Positions 1-13,000 of a DNA stretch of 64,000 nt are shown piece by piece (the first letter of the stretch is position 1; every line of letters begins with the position of its first letter). A program made the translations under genes and the position numbers. Location of the stretch: positions 52,454,001 to 52,518,000 of the forward strand of contig OZ076409.1 in NCBI GenBank assembly GCA_964187785.1. The letters are read 5' to 3'. Source of the stretch: Amphiscolops sp. MND2022 (taxonomy: Eukaryota). Below the pieces are notes generated by a model. The model was not told the origin of the DNA, did no database searches, and saw only the letters and a list, made by a program, of their open reading frames with translations.

Positions 1-75
1 TCAGGTTTATCGAAAAAAACTGACGAAAAGCCGTGACTATAGTCGACTTTTTTCTCTAAAAAGCGCCGACTAAAA
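1..75 (-). mobile_element. HINE/DINE-1-like element, 5' end only (runs off the window)
   Basis: Reverse complement of the family 5' end TTTTAGTCGGCGCTTTT...GACTATAGTCAC. Confidence 0.65.
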
Positions 76-824
76 GCGCATAGCCTGATTTTCCCGCAAT
101 TTATCCCATTTAAGAAGCTGTAGATTGCATCTGAAGAAAATAAATACAATGAAAGTGACCGAATCTGCAAATACGAACATCCGCTTTAGCTAGGCCCTAA
201 GACCCCGCAGCCCAGCAAGAAACAAGAAAAAACAAGAAAAGGGCAAAATTCAAATCATTTTTTCGTTATTTTCTTTTTTAAGCTATACATTTGTTTTTCC
301 GGAACAAGCATGTACATTTAGTAGTATTGGATTTCAAAAAATGGGCCTATTGGCATTATCTGGGCCCTAAATCCCAACTTCTGCTCGCTTTCAGACAAAA
401 ACCGGAAAAATGTTGTTTTTGACCTTAAAAAAAGGAATACATCACTTTATATCACACGTTATATTTGAAAACGCTGTTTCTATGAGTTCGATATGAAAAC
501 AAAATTATTGTACCTTCGCAAGATTCAAACTCAAATCCTCCTCCTGCTTCACAGTGTTACGCTCTAATCACTCTGCAATCGGGCTTGAAATTTGAAGCAG
601 TTTAGTATAACTTGTAGAAATACTTTTGGAATGAAACCACTAGTGACCGTTTGAGAAAAAACTTCCCAATAAAAGAGTCTATCGTTTTTCTAGCAAGCGA
701 CGACTTAAGAAGGATGTTTGGGTTTTGAAAAATGTTTTTTTTTTAGAATCACTCGTCTTTCATCAAGTTTTTCGGATCTGAAAGAAAAACGGTTGGCCAC
801 AAAATTTGAAATATCGCCCCTGAC

Positions 825-1058
825 TTGAGTTTCAGCTGAGTTGAATTGATGGGAAGTAATATCCTCATCTTTTTCAAGTAAAGTTAAGTATTGATATGGT
901 CTTTGGAAGGAAGCTTTCGCAATAAAAGTTTCACAGACGAATATCGAAAAACGAGCACTTTCAGTGTCGTTCTCACTCTTGTTCTGGATATACTGTTTCG
1001 GTGAAAGGCAATGGCAGTTTGGCAGACACAGCAAAAATGTACTTTTTGCGAAACGGCC
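825..1058 (-). CDS. RNF213: RNF213-like exon ([21 protein letters not shown]...FQRPYQYL...AETQ)
   Basis: Acceptor TTATAG|GGC (phase 0), candidate donor CAA|GTCAGG, and the FQRPYQYL motif. It may contain an in-frame 45-nt GT..AG mini-intron. Confidence 0.75.
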
Positions 1059-4000
1059 CTATAACAGCCAAATTTCCTTTTGCGAACATGTGTGATGCAT
1101 TTTTTCATCATCAATAAAAGCTACAATAAATGTATTGTTGAAGACTATAGTCGACAAGAATGACTTTTAACAGTTTTTGTGACATTGGAGAAAAGCTCTT
1201 TTTAGAAAAGAAGTGAGTTTTCAAATCATCTCAGTTTTAATCACTATCTTTTTTTGCAAAGAATGAACTTTTTCCCAAATACTTCAGTCTGTGACTATAG
1301 ATCTGAAAACGAGGCTCTACTTACTTGCTTAGCGGGGTCGAGCATCTCTACGCAGACTAAAAAATTTTTCCTGGTCACAAAAAGCTGCCCCCTGTTGTCT
1401 TGAATTCCGCCCAAAATGCACAAACTGAAAATGAACTCCTCCACATTCTCTTTTACCTAAAAACCATATACTTTATACAAGAAAAAATTTTTAAAGAAAA
1501 ATTTTTATATTAATTTTTGTTTCTTACATTGTTGGACACATCAATATGAATGATTGTGGGTTTTGTTTGAAGGCGAAGCTTCCACAGGACATCCAGGCAC
1601 TTTTTCTGGTCAATCTTCGTCTCGCAAAGTCTCATTATGATTCGTTTGAAGGTTTTGTCTTCTTGCTGTAGTTTGGATTCCAACTCCGAAACGAATAGAG
1701 ATTTTCCTGGTTCAAAGTCACATTTTTCCAATAGGCGTAAAACCAAACCAGGTTGAAATGCATTTAAAAACATAAAATTCAAAAAACTTTTTCTTGAATC
1801 GTGCTTGAATCTTGATCGTTTCTTGAATCTCACTTGAAAAAGTGCCAAAATACCTACTTGATTTCAATTGAAAAATGAATATTTAAAAGACATACCTCAA
1901 TACATACAAAAACATGTTTCATTTGTTTAAAAAATTGTAACTGGAAACGTTATATCCAAACATTTTCAAGGGAGTATGGTATAACTTACCACGATACAAC
2001 CGTTATAACTGGTTGTATTGTAGTGATGTAAAAGATCCGGGAAATTAGAAGGCTAAAGTAAAACAGTGACTTCACTCTTTTTTGTACTATCTATTATCAT
2101 CTTGTCACTACATTACTTGTTAAACTACCTGATAGCTACTCTAAATCGATCAAGTCCAGGTGGTAATTAATTTTTAGTCGGCGCTTTTCGTAGAAAAACG
2201 CAGACTATGGTAGTGACTTTTCTTTTTTTTAAGACCAACGAAGTGACAGATTTTATAAGCTTTATAAGCTGGCTTACACTAACTGCCACACTAATGTAGC
2301 TTATTCTGCTTCTCATTTTTTGAGGACTTTTTAATGTCTCCAAAAGGTCCCATTTCAATGTTTTTTAAATCTATTTTGCAAAAGAAAGGATGTTCAAAAA
2401 CTCCCAAAGTTCCCTTTACATTTTTCGGCACTATGCGACTTACCGGAGACCAAAAAAATTTCGAAAAAAAATTCAAAAAAAAATCCAGATTTTTTTTTCA
2501 ATTTTTTCCTCATGCGGGAACTGTAGAAGAAAATACTTGACACTTTGAAGTCCTTTTGCTATTTTTGAGCCTTAGATATTGCGCCGACTCGGGCCGTTCC
2601 CGGTTTGTTTAATTAGGGGAATCAATCTCACCGAGAGTTTAAACGTTACTAAAGGTTTGAATGATTCACTTTTTACCACAAAATTTTTGCAATGGCAAAA
2701 ATATTTTCCTCAATTCTAAAAATATTACACTAAAAAAGTTTTTACCGTATATCAGGAAACGCTAATGTACGATGTGAAGTCCGTGTTTTGCCTAAGATCA
2801 CAGGTAGAGCTTGTGTCCCTCTTTGCAAATTTTGTTTTCGCGTCTTTCCGTATATTGCCGAAACCTGCTCATTTGAGGCAGTACGCGTCTCAGTGCCATT
2901 TTGGTGTAAAAGCAAACTACCCATTGTGTTCTGTATTTCAGGCAATACTCTGTCGTTTATGGCTTAGCTAATGACCCTATTGATTTGCATTTGCACTCAG
3001 TTCAATAGTGAATTTATTTCTTGAGATAGTCTGGCGTTCATTTCACTTGATAATATTTCAATTGGCTATGCAAGTCCGCCTTGCCTAATTGGTCTATTTC
3101 TATTATCAGTACTCTTGATCTCATTTTTCTTGATCTCATGAGATGAGCTTCCCCTATTAGATAAAGTCTCAAAGCCCTGGTGCCCGTCCGGGCGGTTTAT
3201 GACATTGTCAAGTTCTCTTCCTATGGAATTTGAGTTTCCATCTAGCATTACGTCCATATTGCCGTACTCGGATAAAATATCAATTTCGTTAGATTTTCTA
3301 CCATTAGCTTTTTGTTTTCTAGTGGAAGACATCAGTGAGAGTACATGAGGAAACATTTGAATTGTTCCTGTAATTTGAAATATCATCTCTTTTTTACAGT
3401 GGTTCAACAAAGTAACTTTTACAGTGGTCGATTCAAAACAATGATTGGTTTCTCGAATTGCCAATTTGGATTTATTTACCCTAATCGGCATGACACTCAA
3501 GAAAGTGATAGTCATGTTTCTATAAATAACTTAGTAGCTAAAAATAGAAACCATAACTTCTATATAGAGCATCATCATCACGTCACTTAGCCCTTACGGG
3601 CGCGGCAACTTCAAAGCGCTTAACAAGGACGGGGCGTTTTAATTAAGCTGGTGAACATTTCAAGATTTTAATAACTCTACATGTGTATTACAAATCATGT
3701 TACAACCATACGGCCAATGGCATTGTAGGGCTTTTCAGGATATAGCAACAGAGAGGGTGTAAAATGGTGGTACCGGTTGTAATTAGTAATATAGTTGGTT
3801 AGGACATCTTGTACCTGCGAGGCCTTTTTTATATGTTAGCAACATAGCATCCTTACATTTGTTTTTAGCATCAACTAAATGCGTGTTTGGACTGTTTAGG
3901 CCGCATGGCCTTATTCGTCCATTCTGGTTAATTACAAATATACTGCAAATAAAGTTGTAAGTGAATGCTAGGACGTGGTTGGCCAATACGTCGTGGACGG

Positions 4001-7000
4001 CTATGCTAGCTATACTGAGCAGGCAGATATTTGAACTCGTTTCCTTTCTGCCTGTCAGTATAGCTTGCTATCAAATATCAAATGCTAATACAATAACAAA
4101 TTTACGTGTTTTGATCTAAGATGAAGTTTTAAGCATAACAGTTTATCTGTTGCAGTGGCAAAGTTCCTGGTAGTGTGATTGGTCTTCTATGGTTGGTGGT
4201 GTATAGATTACCATCACAGGTGGCAGCCTGGGATAGCTAATAAGATAGTTCATCCAAAAAGTTTGAACTGTGAGCACTGAACCTATTGTACATGCGTTTT
4301 ATGTATTAAGTCACCAGTAAAAAAAATTAAGATATTGTTATTCATATCCGTCAGTTCACTATTTAAAAAAGCGTTACTGATGTCTGCTGTTTTACCGAAA
4401 TTGCGGACTTATAACCTGCATTCCTATATGTAAATTATTCTTCAACTAGGGGCTTCATTGATCGACTCACATGAAACCATGAAAATCCTAAAAACTTTTA
4501 TGGAGAAACGAATTTCATTCAATGAAAATGAATGCCTGACTTTAGTACAAGTGCACTGTGGACCAAAAAGTGAAAAGACAGCTGATATTACAGGTTAAAA
4601 CTTTGAAAGCGCATATTTTCTTCGGATACAGAAAACAGTCACAGAACAAACAATCTCGGGTTTTGATCAGAATTACAACAATGTTTTGTGTTTTGAAATC
4701 GAACGAAAATCTGAAATGTTCTTTAACGTTTTTTGAATAATTTTAAAATTTACGAAGTATTCGAAGATTATGAAATATTCCAATTGATTTTTGTAGCCTT
4801 GACATCGTTTTTTAACTGTCAACTTTAACACTCTCCGAAGATGCCTTCTTGAAAATGTTGCCAAAAACTGTTGAAATTTCTTCAAAACGATATTTTTAGA
4901 AGTAAAAATTGAAGGATTCGTATTTTTTCTCTCATTTGGCAGTGTAAATTCTTAAAAAGAGCGTTTTCAAAAATTTTTTGGATTCTAGAAAAGTTAGAGA
5001 TGTGAATCAAAGGTACAAAATTTGACGACAGGCAGTTTTTGTTATAGACAGCGGTTCTAGGGCTGATCATTAAAAATGCTTTGCAAAGCTGAAAAAGCTT
5101 CGCAAATGGAAGCTTTTATAAGTATTCTAAGCTTTAATAATAATAAACTCTAAGATACTCATATGTTAAAATTTATCTTTTCCTACCGTCGACGTTACGT
5201 GTAAGAAATTGTGCGCAGTTTTTACATTGACTTTTTTTCCTACTCATCATAGACGAGTGATATGCACTATCATCGATCGGCACAATTTTTGATATATGCT
5301 TAGAAACGTTGCTCAGAAATTTATTTTATTGGAATTTCAAAAATGATCCCTCGATTTATAAACAATTTTAGAATGATTGCATGTCATATGGGACTGAAGA
5401 ATTAGAAAATTTTTGATGTTTCCAGTTTTCGAAAAGGCTTTAAAAGCCTAGAGAGTCCTTTTTGTTTTTTCTTGATACTATGTAGTTCTTCACCGTTTCG
5501 TAAGAACAACTTCTGTGAATCTTCAAAAACTCTGCGCTTGGGTCGTCCCGGCTATTTCATAAATGACAAAAAAAACAAGTAACCTGAAGAAGGCTGTGTT
5601 GAAGTGACCAATCTGACACTGTAACTGTCAACTTTGCTATCGGGTGTCTGCAAGTTCTCACAGATGTAATTGCGTAGACGTTGCGGGGCTTCCGAAACCA
5701 GCTCCGTTTTGTACTGTTTACCTTTCAAGGCGTCGGCAGATCGTTAAACAGAGCGAAGGTAAAGTTCACAAAAGTTAAAGTATCAGAACCATTATTTTGA
5801 AGTTAAAAACTACAGAAACATTTTTGAAATTTAAGTTTTTTTACTGGTTGATTTTTTCTATTTGAAGTTTGGAAGAAAAGTTATTTAACGTTGAAACACG
5901 ATTCCATGCGAAGAAAATCAAGGTCACGTACATGGACCATCATGCATATGGGAACCATATGGGTTGCCAACACGGATGGTTTTTCAAGACGTATTGTGTA
6001 TTGTCGCAAATCACTCAAATTGTCTGTCATGATATTCTCATGCAAGATCATCCATGATCATGGCTTTTTGAGTGATGGATAATCATGGCTGATATCATTG
6101 CGATTCATCCGCGATCATCCGAGACAGCCATAATTTATGCAAATAACTAGCTCATATCTGAAGAATACATTATGATGATGTAATCTTGAAGACAGTCTAT
6201 TATTAAATGTTTGGCCGGTATTGGTGTATTATCGGGAGTTGATTTCATGAATATTCATCCATGATTCACGGAAGTTCGTGGTTAATCATCCAATCCATGA
6301 TTCATGGATGTTCCATGGATTCTTTTCATGGTCCGCAACATGGCCAATGGCATGGCCAATGGCCGTGCCATGAATCATGGATGAATCATTGATGAAAATC
6401 TTTGACTGGGCAACGTAGGCAATAAACTCATGAATGTGATTGGTCCTACCGCTCGAGCTTTGAATGATGAAGCGAATCGGTATCTTTTGAAAACAGTCAG
6501 ATCAAATGAAATTGGTGCATGCTGGTTTCTATATTAGCATTCAGCTAATGTAAAGGTCATCTATTAATTGAACAACATGCGAACTTCATGGCTGCGAAGT
6601 TGATGTGCAGCCTCTCCAGAACTTCCACAACTGGACTTGTCTCGTCATGAACGAAGACAACTAGCTTGTAAGTGCGCTCAACGTCACGCAATTTTTCAAA
6701 CAGGTTTTCAAGATGATTTGCACAGTTAACGTCTAATTCATCTGCAAAAACCATCGAATAAACTTTCTTGTTGGGATCTTTGAGCGCCCTGAGGACAAAC
6801 ACCTCCAATTCTTCACTATTAGTATCCGAACTGCACATGAGAACTTGGGTATACTTTGGTAAGCTATCAGAATGTATAAATTGGTACAGTGATAAAACTT
6901 GGGGCAAAATTTCAGCTCGGCTCTTACAGACCACCAAATTTGGTTTCCCATTTTTCATGTGAATAGGAAGGAGTTGGTTCGTTTTGTTGGGCTCTTTGAT

Positions 7001-10000
7001 GCACCGTTGCAAAATAAAATCCAATTGTTCGAGGTTTATCAAACCTCCCACTCGATTTTGTTGTGACATTTTCAAATACTCATCAAATCGCTTTTCAATA
7101 TTGTGAGCCAAGTAGCTTACTGGTGGTCCGTCTTCTGTGTGGGAGTTTTCATAGTTTCCTGTTGAAGCTAGGGAAGCATAGTGCTGATCGAACAGCAACG
7201 AGTAGCTTTCAAAGTCCAAGTCATCTTCATCTTGGTTATCGATGATCCAGTTCAGGGCCAATGACTCAGAGGTGAATCCAGTCATGTATAAAGCTGCCTT
7301 TGCCTGGTTTTCGTTCCAACCATGCATTTTCAAAGCTTCTAGAGTCCCAATCATTCTACTGACTTCGTCAACTGGAACTTCCGCCGTTTCAATGTCATCG
7401 TTTTCGGCGGATTCACAGACAGAATCTGGCCGATTTCGCTCAACTTGGTCTTGATACTCATCATATTCGTCTAGAATGACTTGCACGTTTTCAAAAGAAA
7501 TATTCGCATCCAGCATTTGCAGATAGAACAAAGCTGTTTCATTTGTGAATTGAGGTTCGGCCAAACTCGAGCAGAGAACTCGCAGCTGCTGACCATTAAA
7601 GTAGTTAAGGGCTGAATGGTTGCTCCTCATGTCGAAAACATAGTTTTCCCACTTCCGCTTCATCGATTCCATAGCCATGCATAATTGAGAGAGATCGAAA
7701 TCACAAGTTTCACTCGATGACACTAAAGGTTCTAGAAATCTGACACCGAAATGCACTTCTATCACTGGCAACGTTTTTTGCGGAGACGTTGTTCGAACCA
7801 CAGCAGACCATCCATGGAAGAACGAGCATCCCGAGTGGCGCAGGGACACGAAAAGCGAGGCTAATGTTTCTATATTGTGGAAAGTTCTTTCGAAAGTATC
7901 TACAATTAGCGCTTCCTCCGGCTTTTCTTTCCTCACAATCAGCATTAACCAGTTGTACAAGTCTTTGAGATCATTCAATGTGCAATGCTTGCTAACATTG
8001 GATTCTTTTGAGTCGAAGTTTTCTTTGATTCGTGGAATGTAATCCAAGGTAACTACATCTTGGGTAGTTAGTGTCTCGAAGTCGTTTTCAGAGAAAAGCT
8101 TGTCGTACTTTATCCGATAGGTTCCTCCCTCATTGATATGAACAGCAGTGTCAACAGCTTTGGTTTCAGCTGACCCCAATGTTTCTAACACCCTCTCAAA
8201 CCAAGCTGAGTCTTTTGATGCTTTTGTGTACTGCTCCAGCAGTTTCGGATTTTCTTTTATGTTTTCAAATACTCCCTGATACGCTTCTTTGATGTCATCG
8301 AAGGTACTCTCGCTACTCAGATCGTATATAAAAGGACGGTATCCGTTGAGTGCATTGAAAAAATCTTGAACGCGTTCCTCGCCGTTTCCCAAATCAGTAG
8401 AAGACAAATCGGCTAACTCAATGACGAAAGCCAATTCTTGGGGAGCTAAAGCAAAATTCACTTCAAAAATATAAAACTGGTTGATAAAAAGTCTGCCAAA
8501 AACATCTCAAAAAGTTTTCCGCGTCTGTAAAACCTCGCAAACTTCACCAGAAACAAGAGCCAGAACATAATCAATAGTCAACGAGAGAAATGATTTCAGC
8601 TACGTGCTAATATACATTTTATTTGGTGTGAAGGTAATAGAAAAACGAAAAGCGAGAAAGCGAGTTTTCTAGGCTCCAACAAGAAATCAATTGCCAACAA
8701 AAAGCAAAAATTATCATTGATTGTGTTGATTGCTTGGCTCGTCATCATGAATAAGAAAAACTGATTGAATTGAAATCAAGACCACAAAATCGTTACCTAA
8801 AAAAATTCGTTTTCCCGTGACAGGATAAACTATTCAGGTTTCGAAACGGTGTTGAAACAGAGGAAACGACGCATTTTACTGACTACTTTGATAAATTTGA
8901 CTAGATATTCGCCAGAATCTTTGTTTTTGGTTCTTTTAGTTACTATTTGTTTAGTTACTGAGCTCAAGTTGGGCTATTATTAAGAGCCGCGTTTTTTACA
9001 AACTTAACTGAGAAGTAGAAATCAAACTAATGAATATTAAATCAAACTAAAGATTAGTCATAATCTGAGTAATAATTTCAAATTCATATAAATTAGTCAT
9101 AATAGAAGCCGGGGAGTCAATGAGCAATTAAATTAATTCAAAATATAATTTGCTCCAACATTCAGTATGCTTCTGATATCTTTTCCCTTGATGAAAAGGA
9201 AACCATATGGAAGAACGATGGAAAGAGACATATGATGATGGAAAGGATCATCTGATGATGGTACTAGGGGCCTTGAATTGAGTATGATCCCAATTTGCGC
9301 AAGTAAAGTCTTGAAATTTTCAATATGAAGTTTGTGAATTTTCATTGTCCTGCGGAGATGGTGCTTCAGTGATTTAATGCCAGCCTCCCAGAGGCCACCG
9401 AAATGAGGTGCTACAGCTGGTATCATAAACCAATCGGTTCCAAGTTGAGAGACTTCTTTGCGTAGCTCCAAAATGTCTTTGCGAGCAGCAACAAAAGTTG
9501 TGGCATTGTCAGAGTTAAGTTGTACTGATACACCACGGTGGGCAATAAAACGCTTGATTGCATTCACATAAGATTCTTCTGTCAATGAAAATACTGTTTC
9601 TAAATGAATTGCTTCATTCGTAAAACATACGAAAATAGCGCTGTAGAATTTAATGTTTGGGGCGTCTTGACTTCTAGTGACCCGGTAAAGTCCATACCTG
9701 TTATTGAGGAAGTCTATGATTGGTGGAGACATTTTCAAACAAAAACGTGCACAAGTAACACAATTTTAAATCACTCGGGTAACCTATGTTTTTTAAATCG
9801 AATATTCCAAAATATCTGCTTTATGTAAACAGTGTCAGTTGACAACCTTCATGAAGCGTTATTTCATGGTAATATTACATTACTAGCGAGACTACAGGAT
9901 AATTACGAGGTACTAAAGTTGAATACTTTTTTTAAAATCTGGTAAAATTGACTGACTAATACGGCCACCAACTCATGATTTTCAGATCAGAATCTCAAAA

Positions 10001-13000
10001 AGGAGTGTAAAGGTAGAAAATAGTGTTTTGAATGAAGAGCTAAATCTTGAGAAAGTAAAGACATTTCCTGTTTCAACTATACTATCGTTTTTGTTCATGT
10101 CTGATAAGGAGTATTTCGGCACAACCAAATCACTTGTTGATACGACTTTTTCTGATCTGAATCCACTTTTGATCTGAATCCTATTTTTCAGTAATAATTT
10201 CAATTTTCTGTCTGATAAGGAGTCTGTCTGATAAGGAGTAATTCGGCATCAACCAAATCACTTGATGATACGACTTTCTCTGATCTGAATCCACTTTTGA
10301 TCTGAATCCTATTTTCAGTAAAAAATTCAATTTTCTTTTTTTCTTCTAAACAGTCTTTTAAACATGAAACTCTCGCTGCGGGAGTTTTTTTTTTGTCTTG
10401 CGTCAACCAAGAAGGACCATTTCACTATAGAAAGTTATTTTCATTTTCGTTTCTTCATACCACGGGAAGCACAATCAGCTGGATTTTCCTTGGTAGGTAA
10501 GTGCCTCCAACAAGGAGCGGGCAAAATGTCTTGTATTTTGGTAATTCTGTTTCTAACAAGTGTTTTCCACTTTTCAGGGGTTTGGGCGGGCCAGGATAAG
10601 ACTAATGTATATTCTGACCACACAAAAAATTCAATTCAGAAAAACGAGGATCTGATGAAGCTTTTTTGACAGCTTCTACCAAAGTTGACCCAGTAAAGCT
10701 GCACAAAGGTCCAATCGAGGAATGCTTAGACATTTTAGTGGAGCAACTCGAGTTTTTGCTACTAGTAATTTGCCTTTATTATGTCCCTCGGTAACTGTTC
10801 GTATGTAAATACAAGATGTATATGCTTTTTTTGAAGCATCGCATAAGACATGAAAAATAAAGTCATCTCTGAATATTTCTTGGGTGACCTGACGATCAAT
10901 TGAAAAGTTTTCCGAAGGCTTCCAGTGTGACCTACTGGATGAGTTACGATAACCTGACTAGAGTATCCAGGTAACGTCAAGTTTCCCGAAACTTTGCAAG
11001 GAAACTTTCAATGCGATTGTTACGGGCGACATCCAACCCAGTGGATCAAATAAAGTAGCTATTCGAGAGAGAATAGCTCGTTCGGTTTCGGAAACTTCTT
11101 CCGCAATTGTGACTTTGAATTGAAAACTATCTTTGTTTGGCAACCAGGATGCTCCGAGAGTCTTAACAATTTAGTCAGTATTTTCGAAAACTGAATCATC
11201 ATCAGAATCGCGTTAGTACTTATTCAAACATTTTATAGGTTCTGACTTGCTCGAGGTCCATTTGCGTAAATCAAAGCCTCCAGTTTTCAAAGCTGCAATT
11301 AGATCTTTTTGAATTTGGAAATGGTCTTCTATGGAAAAACAACCGCTAAGAAGATCGTCCATGTACATATCATTTTCGATTTTTGTGCTAATAATTGTGT
11401 CACCCAACTCTTCAGCTAAAACAAAAAAGCTGGAATAAAAATGGAATGATACGACAAAGGAACAAGACCGTAAGTAACTCTGGTCATTCTCAAATGTTTT
11501 ACTTCTTCTGAGCTATTCTCGCGCCAAAGTATTCTATGAAAATCTTTGACTTCTTCGACTACAACAACTTGTCGGTACATTTTTGCAATACCTGCAGAGA
11601 ACACTATAGGATAAAACCGGTATGGTGAAAGTATAGCAAAATTTCGTTCAAAGAGGGTCCTGTGGACGTTTTTGCAGAAGTTTCAAAAACAACTTTCAAT
11701 TTAGTTGTTTTACTGCTATCTTTCAGAACACAATGATGCGGTAGATAGAAAGAGTTCTGACGAAATCTCGATCTGTTTTTTTACAATTCTTCCCTATGAC
11801 CTATTTCGATGAATTCGTTTATGAAAGCAAAACATTTTGCTTTAAGGCGTTTGACTTTATTGAGTTTTTTCTCCAGACTCAGAAATCGGGTTTGAGCATT
11901 GCATAATCAATCACCCAACTTCGAACTGTTCTCCTACAACAAAACGACCCTGGTCATCCCTGCGGTTAGTTTGACTGAAGTGATCTTCACAAAGAACTTC
12001 TTCTCTTGTTTTTGTATGATGTTGAGGTACGCCTTCTAATTGCCGAAAGTTTTCTAAATGTGAAGGACTACTTTCAACTTGGAATATTTGTAAAGTACTG
12101 CTTGGGGTACGTCAGGAATTTATGGAACCTATAACAACTCATCCAAAATTTGAATGTCTCAGATGTAGAGTTTGTTATTTGAATTTTTCTCTGCAACATA
12201 AACTGTTCGAGCACTTCTGCGCCAAGCACAATGTCTATTGGACGTTCTTTGTAATATTCTGGATCTGCCATATTTCAATGCCAGAACTTTTCACATGAAT
12301 GATCCTTCAGGATGGTTTGGTTTGGAAGGAAATCCGTCAACCTTGGTAGTACGAAAGCTTTCAAATTAACACGTTCTTTGGAACCTTTAACAATGAAATG
12401 AACACTAGAGGGAATAAGAAATTCACATTTCCGCGAATTCCGCTTACCTTTACATTCAAATGCTCCTGTTTGAGATTCAACTATCTCGCACAAGATGCTG
12501 TGATGAGATTTACTTGCGCTCCAGTATCAAAGAGAGCACGGCATGTGCTTGTAACACCATTACCAACAACTTGAATGACCGCGGTGGGTAAAAGAACATA
12601 ACTCTTGTCGATGTTGAAAGCAAGGTTGACGTTTTCGAATACTTCTGTCGCATTTGTTTTCACTTCATTGAAACGATGGAGTAAAAAATGATGTCGTTTA
12701 CCACAATGTTTACAACAAGAACTTTTATATGTCCTGGTTTCAAACAATTAAAACACAACGCATGACGCACTTTCGGAAGCTTCTAGGGGGCGGCATCTGT
12801 TTTGTAAAAACGTTATTCTCTGATGGAACGTTTGTTGATCAGTACCAGGATTCCAAGTTCTAATTCTCTAGCGATTTTCCCTCAACAACCTTGGAAAAAA
12901 CTCCCGAGAAGCATCTTCAAAAATCACTTTTGATTTCATGAATGGAAGAACTCATCTCAAGTTTTTTTTAGAAAGCACAGCCCGCCCATTTTAGAAAACC

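Noticed and set aside
513..562. Possible next RNF213-like exon (RNTVKQEEDLSLNLAK|GTACAA)
   Set aside because: Weak acceptor and no recognisable similarity; cannot be supported.
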